A stretch of DNA of 59,227 nucleotides, counting the filler. It is 7 parts of 7 records of this genome, joined end to end, with 100 filler letters (N's around TTAATTAATTAA, not from the genome) between each part and the next. Parts side by side here need not be neighbours in the genome. Positions count along the whole stretch, not along the records: positions 1 to 18,646 come from DRR723986_86230; 6 more parts are not named here. The stretch is one strand, 5' to 3'. How positions within the stretch are numbered: the first letter of the stretch is position 1; the number at the start of each line of letters is the position of its first letter. The notes beneath the pieces are model-generated. The model did no database searches. It was not told where the DNA came from and saw only the letters and a program-made list of their open reading frames with translations. Shown here in pieces: positions 1 to 9,808 of the stretch. The translations under genes were made by a program, and so were the position numbers.

Positions 1-118
1 TGCTTTTGACTCCATACTGGCACAAAAGCGTATATATATAAAGAAATTTCAAATCATTTAAGTTCCTTCTTCAACCCTGAAGGTTTTTCACTATTACAGT
101 TTACTTTTAAACTTATTA

Positions 119-134
119 ATCGTAATATTGCAAT
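119..134. promoter_or_regulatory. Probable ArsR operator (imperfect palindrome ATCGTAATATTGCAAT)
   Basis: Dyad with 6 of 8 matches, 15 nt upstream of the arsR start. ArsR repressors typically autoregulate through such sites. Confidence 0.55.
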
Positions 135-149
135 GAAACAATAATAGTC

Positions 150-482
150 ATGGGACTCACTAAAACAGAAATATTTTCCGAGCAACAAAACGAAATCGCT
201 GTTTTTGCTAAGGCATTCGCTCATCCAGCACGAGTAGCTATTCTACAGCATCTCTTCAAAATGGACAACTGCGTATGCGGGGATTTAGTAATTGAGATAG
301 GATTGGCGCAACCTACGATTTCCCAGCATTTGAAGGAATTGAAGCAGCTGGGTTTGATCAAAGGAAATATAGAAGGAACAAGCGTCTGCTATTGTATCGA
401 CCGAGAAAACTGGAATAGGATGAAAAAGCTCTTGAATGAGTTTTTTGACCAGGATATCAGCACATCGGGCAATTGTTGCTAG
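150..482 (+). CDS. arsR: ArsR/SmtB family transcriptional repressor
   Basis: AHPARVAIL, CVCGDL and LAQPTISQHLKELK winged-helix motifs; C-terminal CC; first gene of the ars operon. Confidence 0.93.
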   Translation: MGLTKTEIFSEQQNEIAVFAKAFAHPARVAILQHLFKMDNCVCGDLVIEIGLAQPTISQHLKELKQLGLIKGNIEGTSVCYCIDRENWNRMKKLLNEFFDQDISTSGNCC

Positions 483-521
483 AAAATAAACTATCGAATT
501 ATCACACTAAATAATTGAGTT

Positions 522-992
522 ATGAAATTATCTGAAGTAAAATCAGCTCTGGCCAACTTAAAAACCATTGCTTTTCAATTGCCAACCGGAGAGTTGGTTC
601 CTACTCACTTTCATGTCACGGAAGTGGGTAAAATCACTAAAAATTTTATTGATTGTGGGGGTACAGTGAGAAATGAGCATGTCGCAAATTTCCAGCTTTG
701 GAATGCGGATGACTACAATCACAGACTTCATCCAGAGAAGTTGTTGAGTATTATTGAGCTTTCTGAGAAAGTGCTAGAATTGGAGGATTTGGAAGTAGAA
801 GTGGAATACCAAGCGGAAACCATCGGGAAATTTGGATTGGATTTCGACGGTGTAAATTTCCAACTGACCAGTAAGCAAACGGATTGTTTGGCGAAGGATA
901 AATGTGGTATCCCGGTGCAAAAGCCGAAAGTAAGACTTTCTACTTTGCAAACTACGGAGGGATCTTGTACTCCGGGATCCGGCTGCTGCTAA
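522..992 (+). CDS. DUF6428-family Cys-rich protein of Bacteroidota ars operons
   Basis: HFHVTEVG, FIDCGG, DCLAKDKC and C-terminal CTPGSGCC; lies between arsR and arsC. Confidence 0.8.
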   Translation: MKLSEVKSALANLKTIAFQLPTGELVPTHFHVTEVGKITKNFIDCGGTVRNEHVANFQLWNADDYNHRLHPEKLLSIIELSEKVLELEDLEVEVEYQAETIGKFGLDFDGVNFQLTSKQTDCLAKDKCGIPVQKPKVRLSTLQTTEGSCTPGSGCC

Positions 993-1013
993 CAAAGAAT
1001 AAAAATCGAAATT

Positions 1014-1646
1014 ATGCATACGGCACAAAACACTCTTTTGCCTGCACTTAAACTCAGTGTGGAAAAAGCCAGAAATCTTTCTATTTCAGCTGAAAGACTT
1101 GAAGTTCTTCAGGTTTTGATTGATTACATTCAGTCTAAAGTCAACTCAAGCGAAGAACTTGTACTCAATTTTATTTGCACTCATAATTCCAGAAGAAGTC
1201 AGTTTTCTCAGATTTGGGCGCAGACTGCTGCAGACTATTTTGGGATTCCTGCGGCCTGTTATTCCGGTGGGGTAGAGGTGACTGCTTTCAATGATAGAGC
1301 TGTTGAATCTATTAAACGAAGTGGATTTAGAGTTTCTAAGAAAGGAGATGACAATCCAACCTATTTTGTATTTCATTCCGATGATTTGGAGCCAATTGTG
1401 GCTTTTTCGAAGGTTTTTGATGACCCTATCAATCGAGCCGCCCGATTTGCAGCGGTAATGACCTGCTCACATGCAGATGAAAACTGTCCTTTTATCCCTG
1501 GAACTGATAGTCGTATTCCTGTACGATATGAAGATCCAAAAGCATTCGATGATACGCCTCAGGAAGCCGAAAAATATGACGAACGCTCCATGCAGATTGC
1601 TTCTGAGATGTTCTATGTGTTTTCTCAAATAGCAATTTCTATTTAA
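1014..1646 (+). CDS. arsC: Arsenate reductase, LMW-PTP fold
   Basis: [12 protein letters not shown]-loop, [11 protein letters not shown] and YEDPK motifs; ars operon context. Confidence 0.82.
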   Translation: MHTAQNTLLPALKLSVEKARNLSISAERLEVLQVLIDYIQSKVNSSEELVLNFICTHNSRRSQFSQIWAQTAADYFGIPAACYSGGVEVTAFNDRAVESIKRSGFRVSKKGDDNPTYFVFHSDDLEPIVAFSKVFDDPINRAARFAAVMTCSHADENCPFIPGTDSRIPVRYEDPKAFDDTPQEAEKYDERSMQIASEMFYVFSQIAISI

Positions 1647-1647
1647 A

Positions 1648-2688
1648 ATGGGCCAGAAACAGCTAAGTTTCCTCGATCAGTACCTTACACTTTGGATTTT
1701 TCTCGCCATGGCTATAGGAGTGGGGATAGGTTATTTCTTTCCCTCCAGCTCTATTGTAATTAATTCTTTTAGCGTAGGAACAACGAATATTCCTATAGCC
1801 ATAGGTTTGATTCTCATGATGTACCCTCCGCTCGCGAAGGTGGATTACTCCCAATTGCCGAAGGTATTTAAGAATGTGAAAATTCTGTCAGTATCCTTGG
1901 TGTTGAACTGGATTATTGGTCCGGTTTTGATGTTTGCGCTGGCTATAATTTTCCTACAGGACTACCCCGAATACATGGTGGGCTTGATCTTGATTGGGCT
2001 TGCGAGGTGTATTGCAATGGTCTTGGTGTGGAATGATCTGGCGGATGGAAGCAGTGAATATGGAGCTGGTTTGGTTGCGCTAAACAGTGTTTTTCAGGTG
2101 TTTGCATACAGTTTCTATGCATGGGTGTTTATAACGGTGCTTCCTCCTTATTTCGGCTTTGATGGAGCTATAATTGATATTTCTATCTGGACTATCGCTG
2201 AAAGTGTGGCTATCTATCTGGGCATTCCATTCTTGATGGGAGTTCTAAGCAGGTATTTCTTAATGAAAGCTAAGGGTGAGGATTGGTATCAGAACAAATT
2301 CATTCCAGCCATATCACCGATGACGCTTATTGCGTTACTCTTCACAATTTTGGTGATGTTCTCCTTGAAAGGAGAACTGATTGTACAGATTCCTATGGAT
2401 GTAGTCAGAATAGCAGTTCCATTGTTAATCTATTTTGGCTTGATGTTTTTGATTGGCTTCTTTATGACAAAAGCTTTGGGAGCTGATTACGACAAATCGG
2501 CTTCTGTGGCATTTACTGCTGCCGGCAATAATTTTGAATTGGCCATTGCTGTGGCTATTGCAGTATTTGGGCTGAATTCCGGGCAGGCCTTTACGGGAGT
2601 GATTGGCCCCTTGGTGGAAGTTCCCGCGTTGATATTGCTTGTGCGGGTTTCCTTTTGGCTGAAGAAAAAGAATTATTCTAAAATTTAA
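1648..2688 (+). CDS. acr3: ACR3 family arsenite efflux transporter
   Basis: [29 protein letters not shown] and GPLVEVP motifs; about 10 hydrophobic helices. Confidence 0.95.
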   Translation: MGQKQLSFLDQYLTLWIFLAMAIGVGIGYFFPSSSIVINSFSVGTTNIPIAIGLILMMYPPLAKVDYSQLPKVFKNVKILSVSLVLNWIIGPVLMFALAIIFLQDYPEYMVGLILIGLARCIAMVLVWNDLADGSSEYGAGLVALNSVFQVFAYSFYAWVFITVLPPYFGFDGAIIDISIWTIAESVAIYLGIPFLMGVLSRYFLMKAKGEDWYQNKFIPAISPMTLIALLFTILVMFSLKGELIVQIPMDVVRIAVPLLIYFGLMFLIGFFMTKALGADYDKSASVAFTAAGNNFELAIAVAIAVFGLNSGQAFTGVIGPLVEVPALILLVRVSFWLKKKNYSKI

Positions 2689-2794
2689 AAAAATATCCTT
2701 ACCGTTCTCTGAAAAATACCCTAAACTTTGGGCTAATAGAACTTGAAAACTAGTGTTCCAAACAAATGCCTTTTTCTTAATTCCGTACACTAAA

Positions 2795-2832
2795 AGCTAA
2801 TAAGCCGAGAATTTTTCCTCGGCTTATTAGCT
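2795..2832. terminator. 15-bp-stem hairpin between convergent acr3 and pelA
   Basis: AGCTAATAAGCCGAG-N8-CTCGGCTTATTAGCT at the pelA stop codon, with an A-run on its left (U-tract on the minus strand). Confidence 0.7.
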
Positions 2833-3928
2833 AGTTTGACTCCACGTTCTTTTTCCAATCTGGATATTCTTTCAAAAGTTTTTCAGGAGCACTGGTGTAC
2901 CAACTGTAGCCATTTCGACGTTCGTATCCAATTTCAGACAGAGAATTTTTCTTGATTCCGTCTCGATCACAGAAAAAAGGCTTTTCAGTTTGCAGATCAT
3001 AGAATCGAGCCCAAATAGGTGATGCATTTGGGTCTGAAACTATAATTCTATTTTTTTTGCCATCTGCATTAATTTCTGTTTCCAGCTCGATGCCCTCTAT
3101 TTTGTGATTTTCAAACCAGTTAATTGCTCCATCTACTGCGGTGATTACTTCCTGTGAAGGATTTTCGAGTTCCATTAGCAGTTGTACGATGCGGACGGAT
3201 TCAGAACCGCTAAAGGAGGGAAGTTCGTAGGAGCGGGCCTTTGCTGGAGCTAGCGTTTTTTCATCATGTTGTGCACACCAAACAGTAGGGGAACCATCCA
3301 CGACGATTTGAGTTTTGAGTATGCAATCAATCCCAGAATTAAATGATTTGTGAGCTTTGCCAATTATTTTCTGATCTAGTTTCAATGCTGAGTAGGCTTG
3401 GTCTTCTGAGTAAATCTCTCGGAGAAACTTCAGGGTATTCACCATAGCATCATCGTTGTAAGTGATGTGTCCTGAATAGGCGACAGATCCTGTCCGAACA
3501 GGGAAAAATTGTGGCCATCCGCCATTTTCGTATTGAGAGCTGAAGATGTAATTCAAGCCTTTTTCAAAAGCTTCTTTGTATCGGTAATCCTCTATATGGG
3601 CATATATTTTGGCGAGAAACCTCAATTCTGTGATCGTTGCACCATTATCGAAAGTTGCTCCTATATTCTCCTTATTTTCCTTAATTAGAGTTTTTTCTGA
3701 GTCTGATAAGGGTTGATGATATTCCTTGTTTTTCTCCCAGCCACCAATTTCCTTTTGAGCTAGTATAACATTTTCCGCCACAGCTTTTGCTTGAGCAGAG
3801 CCATACCAATTTTCCGGCATTTTTGTAGCAACTTCTTTCCACCTCAAGCTGAGATAATCCGCGTCTTGCGCAGAGGAGGTAGTGATAAATAACCCTATCA
3901 AAAACAGGATAAGAATACTGGACTTCAT
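2831..3928 (-). CDS. pelA: Secreted pectate lyase, PL10 (PelA-15E type)
   Basis: Signal peptide; ATFDNGAT, GGWPQFFP, HITYNDDAM, WCAQHD, ARSYELPS and ERRNGYSWY motifs. Confidence 0.9.
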   Translation of the reverse strand: MKSSILILFLIGLFITTSSAQDADYLSLRWKEVATKMPENWYGSAQAKAVAENVILAQKEIGGWEKNKEYHQPLSDSEKTLIKENKENIGATFDNGATITELRFLAKIYAHIEDYRYKEAFEKGLNYIFSSQYENGGWPQFFPVRTGSVAYSGHITYNDDAMVNTLKFLREIYSEDQAYSALKLDQKIIGKAHKSFNSGIDCILKTQIVVDGSPTVWCAQHDEKTLAPAKARSYELPSFSGSESVRIVQLLMELENPSQEVITAVDGAINWFENHKIEGIELETEINADGKKNRIIVSDPNASPIWARFYDLQTEKPFFCDRDGIKKNSLSEIGYERRNGYSWYTSAPEKLLKEYPDWKKNVESN

Positions 3929-3964
3929 GGTTATAGTTAAGATAATGACAAGTAAGCAATTGAA

Positions 3965-4477
3965 TTAATGCCAGCGATATTCAGTGTTCTTCAAAGGGTC
4001 TGTTTCTTTAAACCTATCAAAGTCCTTGTTTTTGTTGCTTTCCCACCAGTCATTGTATGATTTAGCAATCAATTCTTGGGTCTCATTATTTTCAACTATT
4101 GATGATGAATTATCCCTTTTCTGTACGATCGGATTTTGGGATGGAAAAGTGCCAATCAAGTATTCGCTATCTATTGCTCTTGCTCTAATAGATTCTATTG
4201 TCCACAAAAGATACATGCCTAAGCTGCAGTCTGGCAGCCAAAGAGAAGAAATCATGTTTCTAGGAAAGTCTTTGATCAGCTGAGTATCATTTCTATAGGC
4301 TAAAAGTGCGGGAATATCCCGAGAAGAAAATTCCGGCAGTTCGGAAGCATCGTATTTTCCTTTTTTTAATAATTCCACATACCTGTCTACTGTCATATTA
4401 GAAGGGGCTGAATTTTCCTCACACCCTAGTAAACTCATTAGGAAGAGACAGGCAAGAATTGTTCTTAGCGTTTTCAT
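3965..4477 (-). CDS. Lipoprotein, DUF4943-like
   Basis: Lipobox LLGC; GMYLLWTIESIR and FPSQNP motifs typical of this Bacteroidota family. Confidence 0.6.
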   Translation of the reverse strand: MKTLRTILACLFLMSLLGCEENSAPSNMTVDRYVELLKKGKYDASELPEFSSRDIPALLAYRNDTQLIKDFPRNMISSLWLPDCSLGMYLLWTIESIRARAIDSEYLIGTFPSQNPIVQKRDNSSSIVENNETQELIAKSYNDWWESNKNKDFDRFKETDPLKNTEYRWH

Positions 4478-4504
4478 AGGCCTAAATGCTTCATTTTATA
4501 AGGT

Positions 4505-4750
4505 CTAACTCGCAAAATGGAGATTTTTCCCTGATTTCATTTCCCTGATTTTTCTCCATATTTCCAGCCACATACGAGTTTTATGGATGAAGCGTTTGTA
4601 CCAATTTTTCTCTGATGACAAATCAAGCTCGTACTTTTCCAGAATCTGTCGTTTCAGTTGATAGATTCTCTTTTTGAATTCAGCTGAACTTTCCCAACTT
4701 TCTTTTCCTCCTTCAAAAATCCTCGATTGATTTTTTGGGTTGATATTCAT
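4505..4750 (-). CDS. Small basic hypothetical protein
   Basis: ATG at 4750; same strand as and just upstream of the lipoprotein gene. Confidence 0.55.
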   Translation of the reverse strand: MNINPKNQSRIFEGGKESWESSAEFKKRIYQLKRQILEKYELDLSSEKNWYKRFIHKTRMWLEIWRKIREMKSGKNLHFAS

Positions 4751-4827
4751 ATCAGTTAAAAGTTTGGTATTCAATAATTTGTTTAAGCTAATTTGTCACA
4801 TATTAACAATTTCTGTATTAATAGCAC

Positions 4828-4859
4828 AAAAAAAGCCGACAATTAGCTTGTCGGCTTTT
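4828..4859 (-). terminator. Intrinsic terminator of the symporter gene
   Basis: AAAAGCCGACAA / TTGTCGGCTTTT stem with A/T runs. Confidence 0.75.
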
Positions 4860-4935
4860 GATTACCCTATCTATTTAAAATCAGGTATTTACTAGTCTGT
4901 GTTGTGATAATCCCCGCGAACACTGTGGATAAAAA

Positions 4936-6357
4936 CTACTTCCAGAAATCAGCATTTTCGATCCCAGCATCTTTAGCAATAAATACAGGATCTTTACCTT
5001 CTTTCTTCTGGCGCTGATAATCTTTCAATGCTTTGAAAGCTGGCTTACGGAGGAGAATGATTGCTATGATATTCAACCATGCCATGAGGCCTACTCCGAT
5101 ATCACCCATGGTCCAGGCCATTTCAGCAGTTTTAATAGATCCATAAAAGGTTGCTCCTAAAATTGCGATTCGGAGTACCCAAATGCCCCATTTATTATTT
5201 GTCTTTCTAATTAAATAACTCAGGTTTGTTTCTGCGATATAGTAGTATGCCATTATTGTTGTAAAAGCAAAAAACAATAAGGAAATAGCCACAAATCCAG
5301 CTCCCAGGGAAGGGAATTGGGAGGCTACGGCAAATTGAGTGTATTCTGGGCCGAAAGCTACTCCAGGAAGGTTTTCTACTATAAATCCACCATCAGGATT
5401 AACAACATTGTATTGACCTGTGAAAAGTATCATCAACGCAGTGGCAGTACATACAAAAAGGGTATCTACATAAACTGAAAAGGATTGAACCAATCCTTGC
5501 TTTACTGGGTGGCTTACCTCTGCAGCGGATGCAGCATGTGGAGCGGTTCCCTGACCAGCTTCATTCGAATAGATTCCTCTTTTTACGCCCCAAGCGATAG
5601 CCATACCAAATACACCACTAAATGCGGCTTCCAAGTTGAAAGCAGATTTAATGATCAATGCAAAAATCATAGGGACTTCGGTAATGTTTATTGCGATGAT
5701 CACCACAGCCATCAAGATGTATGCAGCAGCCATAAATGGAATTACTACTTCTGCTACTTTACTGATTCTTTTCACTCCTCCAAGGATGATCAGGCCCATA
5801 AAAATAGTCACTAAAATCCCTGTATATTCAACAGGAACACCAAAAGCATTGTCCATGCTCAGAGCAATACTATTACTTTGCACACCAGGCATAAAAATGG
5901 CCGTAGCCAGAATAGTTGCGAAAGCAAAGAGCATTGCATACCATCTTTTACCTATTCCTTTTTCTATATAATAAGCAGGTCCACCGCGGTACTCTCCATC
6001 ATTTACCTCCTTATAGATTTGACCCAATGTGGATTCTACGAATGCCGAAGATGCTCCCAGAAATGCGATAACCCACATCCAAAAGATGGCCCCAGGTCCA
6101 CCCATGGCTATGGCGGTGGCTACACCAGCGATATTTCCTGTTCCTACTCTTCCTGATATGGCTATTGCAAATGCCTGAAAGGATGAAACCCCTTCTTTTG
6201 ATGATTCTCCTTTAAATAAGAGCTGAACCATTTCTTTTAGGTAAGTGACCTGAAGAAATTTGGTAGCAAAGGAGAAATAAACTCCGGCTGCCAAGCAAAG
6301 AAAAATCAGCGCATTACTCCAAACAACTGCATTAATAGCTTCTACTATCTCTTTCAT
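4936..6357 (-). CDS. Alanine/glycine:cation symporter (AGCS, AlsT-like)
   Basis: RVGTGNIAGVA, GGPGAIFWMW, RGIYSNEAGQG and HPVKQG signatures. Confidence 0.93.
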   Translation of the reverse strand: MKEIVEAINAVVWSNALIFLCLAAGVYFSFATKFLQVTYLKEMVQLLFKGESSKEGVSSFQAFAIAISGRVGTGNIAGVATAIAMGGPGAIFWMWVIAFLGASSAFVESTLGQIYKEVNDGEYRGGPAYYIEKGIGKRWYAMLFAFATILATAIFMPGVQSNSIALSMDNAFGVPVEYTGILVTIFMGLIILGGVKRISKVAEVVIPFMAAAYILMAVVIIAINITEVPMIFALIIKSAFNLEAAFSGVFGMAIAWGVKRGIYSNEAGQGTAPHAASAAEVSHPVKQGLVQSFSVYVDTLFVCTATALMILFTGQYNVVNPDGGFIVENLPGVAFGPEYTQFAVASQFPSLGAGFVAISLLFFAFTTIMAYYYIAETNLSYLIRKTNNKWGIWVLRIAILGATFYGSIKTAEMAWTMGDIGVGLMAWLNIIAIILLRKPAFKALKDYQRQKKEGKDPVFIAKDAGIENADFWK

Positions 6358-6588
6358 ATATGATTTTAAAACTTAGAATTTCCAGTATTAAGTATGATTC
6401 GGGTTTATTTAGAACCCGAATAAAGGAAAAAATCAGCGATTATAGCAGAAGAATCATTTTAAATGGGCTTAATTCCTGATCGGTTGCCTTTGAAAATTAG
6501 GCAATATTGGATAAAGCTTACTTTTTATTCAGATTATTAAATTCCTGATTTTGGGATTATTATCTACCGTTCCTGCTAATAAGAATTC

Positions 6589-6948
6589 TCAGGAAATAAA
6601 TTCTATTAACTCCAATCTATTTCCCCAAGGGTCTCTGAAAAAGCAACGATCACGTCCCTTAATTGCCGAGGAGTAGCTGATTTCAACATTGTTGTGGATC
6701 AGGAAGTCTTTGGCTGTTTTGAGATTCTTTACGACAAAAGCTGCATGTCGTGCTGAATTTCTTTGATGCCCTTCTTCTTCTCGAATGTGAAGTTCAATAT
6801 TTCCCAATTTGATCCAAATAGCACCATGAGGATGATTACCGTGTATTTCATTAAGTTGCAATATTTCCAAATAGAATTTTCGTGCATCCTTACTGGTTCC
6901 GGTTGGAATGGTGATTAGGATATGGTCAAGGTGTTTGATTTCAAGCAT
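6589..6948 (-). CDS. VOC/glyoxalase family protein
   Basis: LDHILI, HAAFVV and FRDPWGNRLEL motifs. Confidence 0.85.
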   Translation of the reverse strand: MLEIKHLDHILITIPTGTSKDARKFYLEILQLNEIHGNHPHGAIWIKLGNIELHIREEEGHQRNSARHAAFVVKNLKTAKDFLIHNNVEISYSSAIKGRDRCFFRDPWGNRLELIEFIS

Positions 6949-6969
6949 TAGAATTCATTTAAAAACACA

Positions 6970-6999
6970 AAATCACCCTTACGTGTGTAAAGGTGATTT
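6970..6999 (-). terminator. Hairpin terminator downstream of the peptidase gene
   Basis: AAATCACC-CTTAC ... GTAA-AGGTGATTT inverted repeat. Confidence 0.55.
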
Positions 7000-7021
7000 A
7001 AGTATAGTTTATTGATACTAC

Positions 7022-8248
7022 TTATTGAACTGTCAGAGGAACAGCTACAAACTCTGGTAGCTTGGCTTCAAAAAGTATTGTAAATTCTTCACTAGTTAGA
7101 ATTTTACCTTGTTTTTTAGCCGAATTCGCAACTTCATATCCCCATTCTGCAGCAGCCATTCTTTGTAGAGGTGTACCATGGTGACCATTGCTAGCAAATC
7201 CACAATCTCCAATATTAAAGAAGACTTCTAAGAATTTCTGAACTCTTTTCCATTGCATAGTTGCTCCTCGGGAATGAGAAAGATAGTAAGCCGAATAAGC
7301 ATCTGCCATTAACTCTGTTCGTCGAGTACCTTCTGGAGTACGGACTGCAGGAAATAATCCAAGCTGGAATTGAATGTGATGCCCAAATTCATGAGCAAGA
7401 ATAGCCTGTGGAGCCACATCTTCAAAACCTAAAGCACTGTAAGCTTCCAATATTCCATCCCCCATGATTATTTTAGAAGGAATTACCCCTACAGGTGGAA
7501 AGAGGAAACTTCTCTGTGCAAAGGCATTAAAAGTGAAGATAGGATGGTCTCCATTTCTATATTGAGGATAAAAATCGAGAACCAAATCAACTATGTCAGC
7601 ATAATTTTTAGCTGCTGCCTCTGGTAACCCAAACGCTGTTTGGTAAGTATTCACCACCTTTTCTCTGTCAGTTAACATGTTTCCATGCATAGCTGCCAAC
7701 ACGATCTCAGCAGATTCAATATTCCAGAAACGCTTTAAATCCTTGAACGTTTTAGTTAAAGACTGAGTGTATTCACCATTTTTGCCAAAAGATTGACCCG
7801 CTGAACTATTTTCAAAAACGAGCGCGTGATAAGTAGGTAGATCGAATAAGGCTAGAAAATCTGCATCTCCGAATGCATTATTGGTCCAATCCGAAAGTTC
7901 ATCATCTAGCCAGATATTTAAGTCAGTATCACCACATGCTGTAGGCTCTACAGCACTTATTGCTGTTTTTACCATTTCCCGATATTGAGGATCCGTATCA
8001 AATGTTAAAGGTGAAAGCCTTCCAGATTCTGAATTGAAGTTTAGGTTTTTACCCATATCTATTTCAAAATTAAAAGGAAGCGGAGGTAAACCTTTTGTGA
8101 TTAATTTGTCTTTTGAATTAGCAGCAAGCAACTCAGATTCATTTGGTGTAATAGTTTCATCAGGTTGTACTTCACATGCAGTAAGAAGCAAGAACGGAAT
8201 GGCAAGAATTGCCAATAACTGTTGGTTGATTTTTTTAGTGTTTGTCAT
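7022..8248 (-). CDS. Lipoprotein neutral zinc metallopeptidase (YpfJ-like)
   Basis: Lipobox LTAC after the ATG at 8248; FNAFA, LAHEFGHHIQ (HExxH), ELMAD and HHGTP motifs. Confidence 0.8.
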   Translation of the reverse strand: MTNTKKINQQLLAILAIPFLLLTACEVQPDETITPNESELLAANSKDKLITKGLPPLPFNFEIDMGKNLNFNSESGRLSPLTFDTDPQYREMVKTAISAVEPTACGDTDLNIWLDDELSDWTNNAFGDADFLALFDLPTYHALVFENSSAGQSFGKNGEYTQSLTKTFKDLKRFWNIESAEIVLAAMHGNMLTDREKVVNTYQTAFGLPEAAAKNYADIVDLVLDFYPQYRNGDHPIFTFNAFAQRSFLFPPVGVIPSKIIMGDGILEAYSALGFEDVAPQAILAHEFGHHIQFQLGLFPAVRTPEGTRRTELMADAYSAYYLSHSRGATMQWKRVQKFLEVFFNIGDCGFASNGHHGTPLQRMAAAEWGYEVANSAKKQGKILTSEEFTILFEAKLPEFVAVPLTVQ

Positions 8249-8419
8249 AAATTTTAAATAATGTAGAGAATGTGAAAAATGAGATTGCAATAAAAAATGC
8301 TATGAATTAAAGTATGAACAAGTTATACGCAACTCACTTTTCAAGATAAAAAATAAAATTAGACGTTTCAATAGCAGTATTTGATAATCACGCTTTTACC
8401 TATTTAGTAGTAGGAAAAA

Positions 8420-9289
8420 TTACAACTGATATTGTTTTTTATAAGCAAAAGGAGTCATTCCAGTTACCTTATTGAAATGCCTATAAAAGTTGGAAAGTGT
8501 GTTGAATCCGCATTCGTAGCAAATCATCTGTGTGGACTGCTTGTTTTCTTTCAAGGCTCTACAGGCATTTGATATCCTTATTTCAATTACAAATTCAAAA
8601 AAGGTTTTATTAGTCATCGTTTTGAAATAGCGACAAAAAGCAGATGGACTGAGGTTCGCTAGATCGGCGATGTCTGAAAGATTGATTTCGTTGCTATAAT
8701 TAGCCAAGACATAGGAGTAAATCTTTTCCAGCCTGTGCATTTCTGACAAATTGGACAAATGGCTGTACGCGTATCCTGGTGAAATAGTATCATACTCTTC
8801 CGTTTCGGCGAGAGTTTTAATTATTTCAAGAAGAAGAATTAGCCGTTTTATACTGACTGCTTGCTCCAATTCTTGAAGCAGTTCGGCGATTTTTGATTTA
8901 GTATCTCCAGTGATTAGCAAGCCTTGTTTTGCTTTTTCAAATAAAACAGGAATACTATCTGCCTCAGGAAGATTTAGGAATTCCGGACCAAAACATGTTG
9001 GGTGGAATTGGAGGACATAGGTTGCTGTTTGCAAGGTGGAGTCTTTATCAAAATACTCTTCCTTACAACGCCATGCGTGAGGGAGATTTTGCCCTAAAAA
9101 AACCATTTGGCCGTCGGAAAAATTGCTCACATTGTCTCCTATGTATTGAGTGCCTTCGCCTTTGATGATGTAGTGCAGTTCCAGCTCTGGATGATAGTGC
9201 CATAAGTTGCCCGTAAGTGGTTTGGGATCGAAGCGAATAATAAAGGATTTTGCTGGTTCGATTGGTACTTTATGGAAATGGGCTTTCAT
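8420..9289 (-). CDS. AraC family transcriptional regulator with cupin domain
   Basis: WHYHPELEL cupin; C-terminal FCRYFK and CGFNTLSNFYRHF helix-turn-helix. Confidence 0.93.
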   Translation of the reverse strand: MKAHFHKVPIEPAKSFIIRFDPKPLTGNLWHYHPELELHYIIKGEGTQYIGDNVSNFSDGQMVFLGQNLPHAWRCKEEYFDKDSTLQTATYVLQFHPTCFGPEFLNLPEADSIPVLFEKAKQGLLITGDTKSKIAELLQELEQAVSIKRLILLLEIIKTLAETEEYDTISPGYAYSHLSNLSEMHRLEKIYSYVLANYSNEINLSDIADLANLSPSAFCRYFKTMTNKTFFEFVIEIRISNACRALKENKQSTQMICYECGFNTLSNFYRHFNKVTGMTPFAYKKQYQL

Positions 9290-9511
9290 TGGTGGGTTAT
9301 AAAAAGAGAAGGTTTTTCTCTTGTCAAATTGACTGATTTAATTGAAATATGAAGTATTTCAAATCTACTCAATAATATGATTTTGATATACATTTCAGAT
9401 TATCCTCCTGTAATTATGCTAAAATAATGGAATATAAGAGTAAGAATGACTAGAGAACGTATGGGATTTAAAATGATCTTTAGTAAAGTAAAACCCAAAA
9501 TTAATTAAGGT

Positions 9512-9808
9512 ATGAATCCACTTTTTCAAGTGAATAGCTTGGTGAAATATTTCTTTGTGTTTTGCCTGACAGCTAGCTCTTTTTTCAAAATAAATTTTGC
9601 TCAGCAAGTCACTCATGATTTTGAAATTGTTAAATACAACAACCCTGGGACTACATGTGATAACCCTATTTGCCACGTAGAAGAATTACAAGAGGGATTC
9701 GAAAAAGTCCGCTTCAATCAATGGGAAATGCTGGCTCATGAGGTGGATGGAGAGTGGGGAATAGTAGTCAGTGTTGTAGATGGGCGGTTCTATCATCTCA
9801 GTAGATGA
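9512..9808 (+). CDS. Short secreted ORF, probable deletion remnant of an FG-GAP/VCBS repeat protein
   Basis: Signal-like N-terminus, KYNNPG, and C-terminal DGRFYHL; ATGA overlap with the next gene. Confidence 0.45.
   Translation: MNPLFQVNSLVKYFFVFCLTASSFFKINFAQQVTHDFEIVKYNNPGTTCDNPICHVEELQEGFEKVRFNQWEMLAHEVDGEWGIVVSVVDGRFYHLSR

Noticed and set aside
4924..4932. Perfect DnaA box (TTATCCACA on the minus strand)
   Set aside because: Single copy with no box cluster or origin-type gene context; expected by chance.
6358..6588. Glycine riboswitch upstream of the AGCS symporter
   Set aside because: No aptamer consensus is visible, only one simple inverted repeat.
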